Assembly: GCA_963754315.1 (NCBI GenBank)
Contig: CAVWFS010000005.1
Location: 96,001 to 160,000, forward strand
Reading direction: 5' to 3'
Source of the DNA: an uncultured Candidatus Rokubacteria bacterium
GTDB taxonomy: Bacteria > Methylomirabilota > Methylomirabilia > Rokubacteriales > CSP1-6
DNA length: 64,000 nucleotides
Part shown: piece after piece, positions 50,441 to 59,744 of the stretch
How the letters are laid out: each line of letters starts with the position of its first letter
Position numbering within the stretch: the first letter of the stretch is position 1
Made by a program: the position numbers and the translations under genes
The notes under the pieces: generated by a model
What the model saw: only the letters and a program-made list of their open reading frames with translations
Told to the model about the DNA's origin: nothing
The model's database searches: none

Positions 50441-50914
50441 ATGTGGACGCGAAGATTCCGGCTCCTCGCCCTCCTGGTGGTCGTTCTCTGCGCGGCGACC
50501 ACGCCGCCGGTGGTTCCCGCCCAGACCTCCGGACAGCGGGGGGCCAAGGCAGCGCCGCCCGAGGTGGTGGCCGAGCTGCAGCGGTCGATCGAGCGGGCGC
50601 GGCAACGCCTGGAGGCGCGCGATGCGAATGGCGTCCTCGCCTATGTCTCGCAGCACTACCGGAGCCAAGGGCTGACGAAGGCAGACGTCGGCGAGCACCT
50701 TCACGCGGTGTGCAACCTCTACGAGCAGCTCCGCGTTCGCGTCACCATCGACCACACGAGAATCGTCGACGGAGTGGTGTGGGTCTACACGACCGGCGAA
50801 GTCTCCGGGCGCCTCCCGTTCATCGGGTGGGTCCCTGCGCTCAGCTGGAGGAACCAGCCCGAAGTCGCCAGGAACGAGGGATCCACCTGGCGCCTCTTCG
50901 GCTTCCAGGACTGA
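50441..50914 (+). CDS. Exported NTF2/SnoaL-like protein
   Basis: Signal peptide; ARDANGVLAYVSQHY helix followed by beta strands. Confidence 0.55.
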   Translation: MWTRRFRLLALLVVVLCAATTPPVVPAQTSGQRGAKAAPPEVVAELQRSIERARQRLEARDANGVLAYVSQHYRSQGLTKADVGEHLHAVCNLYEQLRVRVTIDHTRIVDGVVWVYTTGEVSGRLPFIGWVPALSWRNQPEVARNEGSTWRLFGFQD

Positions 50915-50938
50915 CCGTCGTCAGTTCTGACGGGGGCG

Positions 50939-52489
50939 CTATTTCGGCGCGAGCACCGAGGTGGGGCCCGGATTGATGAGGTCAGGCACCGTCCAGCCAC
51001 GGAGGTCGTACTCCGCCAGACAGCGGTCGGCAAAGGCCTTCAGCTCGTCGACCCGGCCCGCGGCCTGCGCTCCGAACAGCGCGTAGCGTCGGATCTCCTC
51101 GTGGCTGCCCGCATAGTTGATCTCGTACAGCTCGTGGCGGCCCCCGAACTCGGTGCCGATCGCGTCCCACAGGAGCTTCATCAGCTTGACCCGGTCGACG
51201 GCGTCGATGCCGTTGGATCCGCGAAGGTACTGGTCGAGGTAGGGCCGGATGTCGGGGGCGAGGAAATCGTTGGCGTGCGAGTTGAGGTAGATCAGGCCGC
51301 TGGCCACGGTCTTCTCGATGAGATTCTTGACGTGGGCGTAGCCTTCCGGGGCAAGCACCTGGTAGGCCGCGGCCGAGGCCGAGTTGGGCAACACCGCGCC
51401 CCCCTTCCAGGGCTCGGGGTTGCCGGCCATGGAATCGGAGAGCCCCCAGAAGAGATTGCGCCACACGAGCACCTCGCCGACATTCGCCTGCACCCCGCGG
51501 TAGTCCTTGGTCCCCGTGATCTCCACCGCCTTCAGCAGCAGCCCCGCGATGAAGTCGAGCTTCACGGCGAGCCGGGTGCAGCCCTGGAGCATGGCGCGGG
51601 GCAGGAAGCCGGTCTGCGGGAAGAAATTGTTCGCCTTCTCGACGTCGCGATAGACGAAGAGATTCTCCCAGGGGACCTCGACCTTATCGAGAACCAGGAT
51701 GGCGTCGTTTTCGTCGAGCCGGCTCGACAGCGGGTAGTCGAAGGGGCTGCCCAGCACGGCGGCGCGATACTCGTTGGAGGCGCGGCAGATCAGCTTGCAC
51801 CCCGGGGTGCCCGTGGGGATCATGAACACGACCGCGTAGGCGGGATCTTGCACCGGAATGAGCCCGTGATGGGCCACGAACGTATAGTTCGTGAGCGCCG
51901 ATCCGGTGGCGACCACCTTGGCTCCCGACACCACGATGCCCCGGTCCGTCTCGCGCTCGACGCGCACGCAGACGTCGGAGACACCCGCCGACGGTTTGCC
52001 CGGGACCAGGTTACGGTCCACCGGAGGGTGAATGATGGCGTGGTTGACGAACGGCACGCGCTCCTGGCTGAGGTGGTACCAGCGCAGCGCGTTTGCCTGA
52101 TAGGGGGCGTAGAACTCCGCGTTGGCGCCGAGCGTGCCCAGAAAGGCGGCCTTGTAGTCGGGCGAGCGGCCCATCCAGCCATAGGTGAGGCGCGCCCACT
52201 CCGCGATGGCATCGCGCGCCCGCACCTGCTCCGCCGCCGAGTACGGCACCCGGAACCACGCGTGCGTATCGTGGCCCGCATCCGACTTCACCGTGAGCTT
52301 CGGCTTCATCTGGGGGTCGTGCAAGGCGTCGAAGAGTCGGGCGAGCATCCGAGCGGCGTTGCGGAAGGCGGGGTGCTCGGTGATCTTTCCCACTCGCTCG
52401 CCGTAGATCCAGACCTCGCGCCCGTCGTCGAGGCTCTCGAGAAATTCCTTCCCGGTCATGGGCGTCATCGCGGAAGCACTCGCGCTCAT
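50939..52489 (-). CDS. hpaB: 4-hydroxyphenylacetate 3-monooxygenase / phenol hydroxylase oxygenase component
   Basis: [49 protein letters not shown]. Confidence 0.88.
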   Translation of the reverse strand: MSASASAMTPMTGKEFLESLDDGREVWIYGERVGKITEHPAFRNAARMLARLFDALHDPQMKPKLTVKSDAGHDTHAWFRVPYSAAEQVRARDAIAEWARLTYGWMGRSPDYKAAFLGTLGANAEFYAPYQANALRWYHLSQERVPFVNHAIIHPPVDRNLVPGKPSAGVSDVCVRVERETDRGIVVSGAKVVATGSALTNYTFVAHHGLIPVQDPAYAVVFMIPTGTPGCKLICRASNEYRAAVLGSPFDYPLSSRLDENDAILVLDKVEVPWENLFVYRDVEKANNFFPQTGFLPRAMLQGCTRLAVKLDFIAGLLLKAVEITGTKDYRGVQANVGEVLVWRNLFWGLSDSMAGNPEPWKGGAVLPNSASAAAYQVLAPEGYAHVKNLIEKTVASGLIYLNSHANDFLAPDIRPYLDQYLRGSNGIDAVDRVKLMKLLWDAIGTEFGGRHELYEINYAGSHEEIRRYALFGAQAAGRVDELKAFADRCLAEYDLRGWTVPDLINPGPTSVLAPK

Positions 52490-52646
52490 GGTGTCCCCCC
52501 TGGGATTATAGTGCGCATGCGAGATCGGGTGCGCTCGCGCACGGCGGCACTGTCTCCTGGCGCGGGTCGGCTAGGCGGAACGTCGTCGCCGCGTCTTTAC
52601 CTTCTTGCATCTGAGACGCCGGACCAGTGTTATCTTGGAACAGATC

Positions 52647-52974
52647 ATGAGGAGAAAGAGACTGCGGGTCGTCATATTCCAGGAGGGCGACTGGCTTTGT
52701 GCCCGGTGTCTTGACTACGATATTGCCACGCAGGCCAAAAGCCTCGACCATCTCCGCTATGATCTCGAGCGGCTCATGGTGGGACACATTGCCATCAGTC
52801 TGAAGCATGGCGTGCAAGCCCTTTCAGCACCTCCAGCCCGCTCCGAAGAAATACTGGGACATGTTCCAGCGCTCGAGGATGGCCCTGCCACCGCAGACCT
52901 TCGGGTTGCGACTTGCCAAGCGAGGTTTGAAGCTTCCGTCCCCCGAGATACGGGTCGCCCCGCTCGCCGCGTAA
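52647..52974 (+). CDS. HicB-like antitoxin (frameshift near 52820)
   Basis: RVVIFQEGDWLCARCLDYDIATQAKS, then PFQHLQPAPKKYWDMF...PLAA* in another frame. Confidence 0.6.
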
Positions 52975-53241
52975 GTGTCTCCACGATTCTCCCAGATGCC
53001 GACGCTGGGAGAGTTTGTCGAACATGCTCGTCGTCGGTACGGCTGTAGCCCGCGCCAGGTCACACTCGACTATCCCGGCCGCGGGAAGCCTCGAATCCGA
53101 TATCTCTGGCGTGACGAACGGCGATTCGCCGTGTTGCCCGACGTCCGGCTCAGCGATCGGCTGACCCGCGCCAACGTGGCGAGCTTGTGCCGGCAGCTCG
53201 ACATCCCGACCGAGGACTTCGGCCTCGAGGAATCCGATTAA
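52975..53241 (+). CDS. Divergent HicA-like small protein
   Basis: 88 aa, abuts HicB-like stop; C-terminal LTRANVASLCRQLDIPTEDF. Confidence 0.5.
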   Translation: MSPRFSQMPTLGEFVEHARRRYGCSPRQVTLDYPGRGKPRIRYLWRDERRFAVLPDVRLSDRLTRANVASLCRQLDIPTEDFGLEESD

Positions 53242-53280
53242 CGAGACCCAGCTATCCACAAACGAGCCAAAGGTGTTTCG

Positions 53281-54048
53281 GTGAAGGGATCGATGGTGGA
53301 TGGTGACGGCGCGCTTCTCGGTCCGGCGGCGCTGATCCTCGCCGCCCTCGTCATTGTCGTCGGCTACATCGTCTTTGGCGTCACGGGATTCGGGGCCTCG
53401 CCGATCACGATTCCCCTGCTCGTTCACATCTTCCCCCTCACGTTCGTGCTCCCCCTGGCGGCCATCCTCGATCTCGGCTCGGCCTTGGCGCTCGGTTTCC
53501 ATACGCGCAGGAGGGCGGCGGTCGGAGAGCTTTTGACGCTCGTCCCCTTCACCCTCGTTGGCCTCACCCTCGGCGTGACCTTGCTCGTCCGTCTTCCCCG
53601 GACGGCGACCTTGGTGGCCCTCGGCGTGTTCGTCTGCGCGTATGCGCTCTACGTGATTTTCCGGCGCGACACCGCGCGGCGGGTGAGCCGCAGATGGGCG
53701 GTGGTCGCTGGGGTCATGGGCGGAGTGCTGGGCGCCCTCTTCGGGATCGGCGGTCCCCCGTATGTCATGTACATCGCCGGGCGTATCCCTGAGCCGGCGG
53801 CGCAGCGGGCGACCATCTCCCAGATGGTGATCCTCAATGTCGGTCTGCGAGTGATCGCCTTCGCCCTTGGCGGGCTGCTCGGCTCTCGCCCGCTCTGGAC
53901 CGCGGTGGCGATGCTGCTCCCGGTGGCGTGGGTCGGGGTGTGGATAGGCCATCGCGTCCACCTACAGTTGGCACCGGCCATGGGCGTGCGCATCATCGGC
54001 GCCGTACTTTTCCTCGTGGGCGTCACCCTCATCGCCCGGGTGCTATGA
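53281..54048 (+). CDS. Sulfite exporter TauE/SafE family
   Basis: GVTGFG, GALFGIGGPP, about 8 TM helices. Confidence 0.85.
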   Translation: MKGSMVDGDGALLGPAALILAALVIVVGYIVFGVTGFGASPITIPLLVHIFPLTFVLPLAAILDLGSALALGFHTRRRAAVGELLTLVPFTLVGLTLGVTLLVRLPRTATLVALGVFVCAYALYVIFRRDTARRVSRRWAVVAGVMGGVLGALFGIGGPPYVMYIAGRIPEPAAQRATISQMVILNVGLRVIAFALGGLLGSRPLWTAVAMLLPVAWVGVWIGHRVHLQLAPAMGVRIIGAVLFLVGVTLIARVL

Positions 54049-54124
54049 GGCGAGGTTGGCGCCGATTTGCCCGGCCGGCTGGGTGCTATGATGCGTCAAC
54101 ATCCGTCATCGAACTGGAGGAGTC

Positions 54125-54985
54125 ATGCCAACCACTCGCCTGCCGTCCGTCAGCGGCCCCATCGATCTCTTCTACGAGGAAGCCGGCCAGGGCTTCCCGC
54201 TCATCTGGTGCCACGAATATGGGGGCGACCATCGGTCCTGGGAGCAGCAGGTCCGGTACTTCTCCAGGCGCTACCGGGTCGTGACGTGGAACTATCGCGG
54301 CTACCCGCCGTCGGAGGTCCCGAAGGACGGCAACGCCTACTCGGTGGAGATCCTGGTGGAGGACCTGCGCGCGCTCATGGAGCACCTCGGCATCCGCCGG
54401 GCGCACATCGGCGGCCTCTCGCTGGGCGGCGGGGTGACGGTCAACTTCGGAATCCGCCACCCCGATCTGGCGGCCAGCCTCATCATCTGCGGCGCCGGCA
54501 GCGGCAGCGACAATCCGGAGGAATTCGTCAAGAACGCCGCGCTCCAGGCGGATCTCTACGAGCGAGAAGGCGCCGAGGCCAAGGCGCGGAACTTTGCCGC
54601 CAACCCCGCGCGCCGCGGCTTCGCCGAGAAGGACCCGCGCGGCCACGCCGAGTTCATGCGCAACGTGCTGGATCACTCCGGCGTGGGCTCGGCCCTCATG
54701 GCGCGCGGCGTGCAGATGAAGCGCAAGACCATCTATCAGCTCGAGCCCGAGCTGAAGAAGATCGCCGCGCCCTCGCTGATCGTCGTCGGCGATCAAGACG
54801 AGCCCTGCCTCGGACCAGGGCTCTTCATGAAGAAGCACATCCCGCACGCCGGGCTGGTGGTGGTGCCGATGACTGGCCACACGGTGAACATCGAGGAGCC
54901 GGGGCTGTTCAACCAGCTCGTATCCGAGTTCCTGACCTCGGTGGAGAGCGGCCGCTACGGAACGTGGAAGGGCGCCGCCCGCTGA
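54125..54985 (+). CDS. Alpha/beta fold hydrolase
   Basis: HEYGGD, RGYPPS, GLSLGG, GDQDE, GHTVNIEEP. Confidence 0.88.
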   Translation: MPTTRLPSVSGPIDLFYEEAGQGFPLIWCHEYGGDHRSWEQQVRYFSRRYRVVTWNYRGYPPSEVPKDGNAYSVEILVEDLRALMEHLGIRRAHIGGLSLGGGVTVNFGIRHPDLAASLIICGAGSGSDNPEEFVKNAALQADLYEREGAEAKARNFAANPARRGFAEKDPRGHAEFMRNVLDHSGVGSALMARGVQMKRKTIYQLEPELKKIAAPSLIVVGDQDEPCLGPGLFMKKHIPHAGLVVVPMTGHTVNIEEPGLFNQLVSEFLTSVESGRYGTWKGAAR

Positions 54986-54995
54986 GCCGGACGCC

Positions 54996-55220
54996 CTAGG
55001 GGAACAGGCGGGCTCCTGTCTGGGCATCCTCGACGACGATCGCGCTGACCGGACAGTTCTCCGCCGCCTCCAGGATTTTCTCCTCCGTGTCGCCCGCGGG
55101 GTTGACGGCTTCCGACTGCCGGTTGGCGTTGAGGCGAAACACCGCCGGGACGAGCGCCTCGCACATGGCGTTGCCCACACACCGCTGATGATCCACCCGG
55201 ACGCGCAACGGGCGAGCCAT
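54996..55220 (-). CDS. Ferredoxin (3Fe-4S/4Fe-4S, P450 partner)
   Basis: MARPLRVRVD...CVGNAMC...AAENCPVSAI; own ATG 5 bp after the P450 stop. Confidence 0.88.
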   Translation of the reverse strand: MARPLRVRVDHQRCVGNAMCEALVPAVFRLNANRQSEAVNPAGDTEEKILEAAENCPVSAIVVEDAQTGARLFP

Positions 55221-55225
55221 GTCCC

Positions 55226-56448
55226 CTAGCTCCAGGCCACCGGCAAGGACTTGAGCGAGCGGAAGGTGATGCTGGGCTGATACTCGAGCGCCGTGGGTCT
55301 GGACGTGCAAAGAGGGGAACCGCTCCGCCAACGCCTTGAACACTTCCTGGCCCTCCACGCGGGCCAAGGTTGCCCCCAAGCAGTGGTGGACACCCGACCC
55401 GAAGGCGACGTGCGGGTTCGGGTCGCGCGTGATGTCGAACCGCTCCGGATCGGCAAAGGCATTCGGGTCGCGATTGGCGGACGAGATGAACCAGCGAATG
55501 CGATCGTCCTTGCGCAACACCTTGCCCCGCATGTCGACGTCCTGGGCGGCGATGCGCTGGATCGATTTGACCGGCGCGTCGTAGCGCAAGCACTCCTCGG
55601 TGGCCCGCTGGGCCAGGCCCTCCGGGTCCCCCTTGAACAAGGCCCATTGCTCGGGATGGCGCATGAAGGCCAGGGTGCCGTTGCACAGCAGGTTGATGGT
55701 GGTCTCGTGGCCGGCCAGCAGCAGCAATGACGTGTTCACCAGCACCTGGTGTCGGGTGAAGACGCCCTTCTTCTCCCGGTGGCCAGCACCGAGATGAAAT
55801 CGTCACCGGGGTTGACCAGCCGCTCGTCGACAAGCGGGGAGACGTAGTCGATCATCCCCTGCATCCCTTCGGTGAGCGGCTTCATCCGGTCGTGCTCACC
55901 CCGCCCGATGTAGAGGAGCTTCTCCGCCAGCTTTCTCACATGGGGCCGATCGGCGGCGGGCACGCCCATCATCTGCGCGATGACCAGCACGGGCAAGGGC
56001 GTGGCCAGATCCCTCATGACGTCCATGTGCCCGTTGGCCTCTGCCGCATCGAGGAGCTCCGCCACCGCCTTCTGGACGAAGGGGCGCCAGGCTTCCATGG
56101 CGCGCGGGGTGAAATAGGTATGGACGATCTTGCGCATCTCGAGGTGCTCTGGGCGGTCGTGCTGGATGAACTGGTCGGCCTGGTAGTTCCGACGTATTCG
56201 TAGAGGCCGAGATCCGACTCCTCGATGGCTGGATACGCAGGGCGGGGATCATTGCGAAACACGGCGTTTGAAAACAGCTCGTGGTGGCGGGTCATCCAGA
56301 CCACGTCGTCGTGTCGGGTAATGACCCAGAGGTCGTACAGTTCGTTCCAGTGGACGGGGTCCTCCTCCCGGAGGCGCCCATAGTACGGATACGGATCGGC
56401 AATCACATCGGCGGTGAACATGTCGTCGGGGAGAGTCACCATCGCCAC
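55226..56448 (-). CDS. Cytochrome P450 (about three frameshifts)
   Basis: DPYPYYGRLRE, AGHETT, EECLR, ANRDP, FGSGVHHCLG spread over four ORFs. Confidence 0.9.
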
Positions 56449-56557
56449 ATTCCCTCCTCCCGCATATGCGGGAGCCTCATCCGAGCCCGTCGATCTCTAT
56501 CTCCGCGTGTCTCTCTAGGTCTTGATTCAGGCAGCAGGCGGCCCCTATCTTACCCCG

Positions 56558-56812
56558 TCAGCGCGTCTTGCGGGTGGGCCTGGGTCTGGCTGCCGCGATA
56601 TCGGGCCCGACGGGCCAGCGCCGCTCGACGGTCACCAGGCTCCCATCCTCGTTGGGTCCACCGTCCCGCTCGGGCCCACCCGTACTGCAGTTCGGCGATG
56701 ACGGCGGTGCGAGGTAGACAGGTTCCTCGCCGGTGACCGCCGCCACGTCGGCGGGGGCCAGGCGGCCCCGCTCGACGTCCACCCAGATGGACGTGTCCAG
56801 GATCACGCCCAT
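56558..56812 (-). pseudogene. VapC/PIN toxin, frameshifted and truncated
   Basis: MGVILDTSIWVDVERG...VIAELQYG, after which similarity is lost. Confidence 0.65.
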
Positions 56813-57015
56813 GGATCGCGAATCTGCTTGCGCAATCGTCGGTCCGCCCGCTTGGCGTCCTCGAGCCACGCCGCTCCTTCCGCGTCCGCGAGGGTCCGGT
56901 AGAGATCTGCGAGCGCCTCGAGGGCGGTCATGCGGGGGGCGCCGGGGACCAGCTTGGCGACGGGTTGGTTGTTCCGAAGTACGACGATCTCTTCCGATCC
57001 GTCCACCACGAAGCA
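56803..57015 (-). pseudogene. Phd/YefM-type antitoxin lacking its N-terminus
   Basis: EEIVVLRNNQPVAKLVP...RDPWA*; no recognisable N-terminal segment or start. Confidence 0.65.
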
Positions 57016-57113
57016 GCCGGGGGGGGCGTCGGGCGGCCTCCCGAGAAGGGATCCTTCGCCCCCACTGAGGATGACGGACCTGCTATGTTCACGGGAGACG
57101 GTGGGAGCAAAGA

Positions 57114-58103
57114 ATGGATCGCCGAAGCTTCGGGGCACTCATGGTGGCAACACTGGCGGGCACGACGGCCATACGGCCGGCGTGGGCGAAGAACCCAGCG
57201 CGTGATCTGGAGGCGCGGCTTCAGCAGTTCAAGGCGTTTCCGGGAACAACGAGCTTCCGCATCGATGTCGGCCGTCAGGAGCTGGCATCCGACTCGGCGG
57301 CCGCTCAGCTCTTCGTCGCCAGCGCCATCAAGACGTTCATCCTGTGTCAGTATCTCCGCGACGTCGAGGCCGGCCGTCTTTCCGAGGATGAACAGCTCCC
57401 CGTGGATGACAGCGTTCGTACGAGCGGGAGTCCTGTCCTTCTGACCCTGACGGGCACAACCCCGGCCCGCTCGATCCTGGAGCCGATGATCACCCACAGC
57501 GACAACACGGCCACCGACATCGCGCTGCTCCGTGTTGGTCCAGATCGGGTGCGGTCCTTCATCGCCGCGGCGAGACTGCGCGCAACACTCATTCCTGATT
57601 CAACACGCCGTTTCTTTTCGTATAACGTCGGCGCGCCACTTGGCGTGGATATCGGCTGGGCCGGCGTGCAGCAGGTGCTGGCGTCAGGCCATACTCTCGG
57701 TCCACCACGACCACCGCTCAATGATCAGGTGACCTTGGCCAGCAGCGCCAACGATCTCGTGTCGCATTACAAGCGCGCGCTTGCCGGCAGGTTTTTCACC
57801 AGGCGGGCAACGCTGACGGAATTCAAGCGCATCCAGCTGACCAACCTGTTCTTCCCCGATGATACGGTGGGGTACGCCAAGGGCGGCAGCGGTGATTGGG
57901 TCGCTGATTCCCCTACCGTGGCTGATTTCCACGCCATCTCGTATGCCGGGCAAATGGTTGTCCAGACGACGCCGGTCACATTCTGCTTTGTCGTGAACTG
58001 GATGAGCGCGGACCCGAACAGCACCAGCGAGGCCCTCGCGCCTGCTTTTGCTGAGGTGATCACCGGGTGTCTGGTGGCCATCAAGGAGCAGTTGCGCGCC
58101 TGA
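57114..58103 (+). CDS. Tat-exported serine hydrolase of class A beta-lactamase fold
   Basis: MDRRSF signal; ASAIK (SxxK), SDN, KGG. Confidence 0.85.
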   Translation: MDRRSFGALMVATLAGTTAIRPAWAKNPARDLEARLQQFKAFPGTTSFRIDVGRQELASDSAAAQLFVASAIKTFILCQYLRDVEAGRLSEDEQLPVDDSVRTSGSPVLLTLTGTTPARSILEPMITHSDNTATDIALLRVGPDRVRSFIAAARLRATLIPDSTRRFFSYNVGAPLGVDIGWAGVQQVLASGHTLGPPRPPLNDQVTLASSANDLVSHYKRALAGRFFTRRATLTEFKRIQLTNLFFPDDTVGYAKGGSGDWVADSPTVADFHAISYAGQMVVQTTPVTFCFVVNWMSADPNSTSEALAPAFAEVITGCLVAIKEQLRA

Positions 58104-58214
58104 TCCCGGCGACCCGAAGGCGCCTTCCGCCCAAATCCTGCCGGCGTCCTTGACCCTCGGCGCGGCACCGCCCCGCCATTGCCCGTCCCCGCCCGGGGGA
58201 GCACAACACCCCGA

Positions 58215-58772
58215 CATCAACGAGCAACCCTGCACTCCCTCCCCCCCACAGCCCGCACCTTCACCGATCGCCATTGGAACAACACGGGTCCCTGGCCGGG
58301 CGTGTCGAATCGATCGAGCTACACGGACACCGGCTACCAGGCCGGCTGGGAGGCAACCGGTGCACAGCCGGGCACGGGGATCCTCGTCTGCTATTCGGCC
58401 GGCAGCGTCACTGACGCCCTCACCAGCACCAAGGCGTTCGGCACCGCCGCCAACGCCGGGGTCCGCGCCGACGCCGAGAAGGCGCTGACGCAGCTCAAGC
58501 CGGTGTTCCCGGGCATCTCGTCCAAGTGGAACGGCAAGGCAATCCTCTCCCTCGCGCACAAGAGCGATCTCGCGAAGGCGTCGTACTCCTTCTACCGCGT
58601 GGGGCAGTACACGACGTTCGCGGGGTACGAGAAGAAGCGGCAGGGGGGCGTCCTGTTCTGCGGCGAGCACACGTCGACGGATTTCCAGGGGTTCATGGAA
58701 GGGGCCGCATCCGAGGGCAAGCGCGCCGCCAAGCAGCTCGCCTTGCTCCTCGGCAAGTCGTTTGCGCCGTAA
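58215..58772 (+). pseudogene. C-terminal fragment of a flavin monoamine oxidase family protein
   Basis: FTDRHW, SYSFYRVGQ, LFCGEHTSTDFQGFMEGAASEG; no N-terminal GxGxxG. Confidence 0.75.
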
Positions 58773-58806
58773 GCCGCATCGGCTCATAATCGCGGGCACA
58801 CGGAGG

Positions 58807-59655
58807 ATGGCCATGACACAGGCACTGCAACTGCGCGCCCTTGGCGCGACATTGGGGACCGAGGCCCTCGGGATCGATCTGTCGAAGCCACTCGAGGAAG
58901 AGACCTTCGCCGGCATCCAAGCTGCCTTTGCCGAGCATCCGGTGCTGGTGTTCCGCGACCAGGACCTGGGCGCACTCGAACTGGCGGCCTTTGGCCGCCG
59001 TTTCGGTACACCGCGTCGCCACGCGCTGATCAAATATCGCCACGCCGACTGTCCGGAAGTGTCCTGGCTGACCAACGTGGAGGAGACGGGCCAGATCGAC
59101 TGGTACGGCGTCAAGCGCGCCACCGCCTGGCATACCGACTCGACGTTCGAGGACAATCTGCCACTGCTGGCCATGCTGCACGCGAAGGAGGTGCCCTCGG
59201 AGAAGGGCGGCACCATGTTCGCCGACATGCGCGCGGCCTGGGAGGCGTTGCCGGAGGCCAGAAAGCAGCTGCTGTCCGGCCTCACCGGCCTGCACAGCCG
59301 CAGCACGGGTCCCGCCGGCGAGCGTCTGTATGGCGACGACAAAGGCGAGACCGAGAAGAAGTATCAAGAAGTCCAGTGGCCGGCGGTCACGCGGCATCCG
59401 GTCACCGGACGATCGATCCTCTTCGTCAATCCCATGCACACGCACGGCTTCGTTGGCATGGCGCGCGACGAGGCCTGGTCGCTGATCGACGAACTGGCCG
59501 AGCACGCCACCCAGGAGCGCTTCGTCTACTACCATCGCTGGCGCGTCGGCGACCTGCTGATGTGGGACGAGCGCGCCACGATGCACCGCGGCGCCGGCGA
59601 CTACCGGCCAGACGAGCGCCGCATCATGCTGCGCACGATCGTGTATCCGAACTGA
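58807..59655 (+). CDS. TauD/TfdA Fe(II)/2-oxoglutarate dioxygenase
   Basis: WHTD, GGTMFADM, HPVTGR, WDERATMHR. Confidence 0.92.
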   Translation: MAMTQALQLRALGATLGTEALGIDLSKPLEEETFAGIQAAFAEHPVLVFRDQDLGALELAAFGRRFGTPRRHALIKYRHADCPEVSWLTNVEETGQIDWYGVKRATAWHTDSTFEDNLPLLAMLHAKEVPSEKGGTMFADMRAAWEALPEARKQLLSGLTGLHSRSTGPAGERLYGDDKGETEKKYQEVQWPAVTRHPVTGRSILFVNPMHTHGFVGMARDEAWSLIDELAEHATQERFVYYHRWRVGDLLMWDERATMHRGAGDYRPDERRIMLRTIVYPN

Positions 59656-59744
59656 CCCCCGGTTCAGGCGCCGGGCACATCCTCCGCCAGGCCGATCGGG
59701 CTGTTCATCCGTCAGGAGCGCCGACTCGGCCTACCGACGGTGCG

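Noticed and set aside
54996..55745. Apparent P450-ferredoxin fusion ORF
   Set aside because: It arises from a frameshift near 55290. The true P450 end (FRSLKSLPVAWS*) is in another frame and the ferredoxin has its own ATG at 55220.
57114..58103. Antibiotic-resistance beta-lactamase call
   Set aside because: It has KGG instead of KTG/KSG and no visible Glu166 motif; only the fold is supported.
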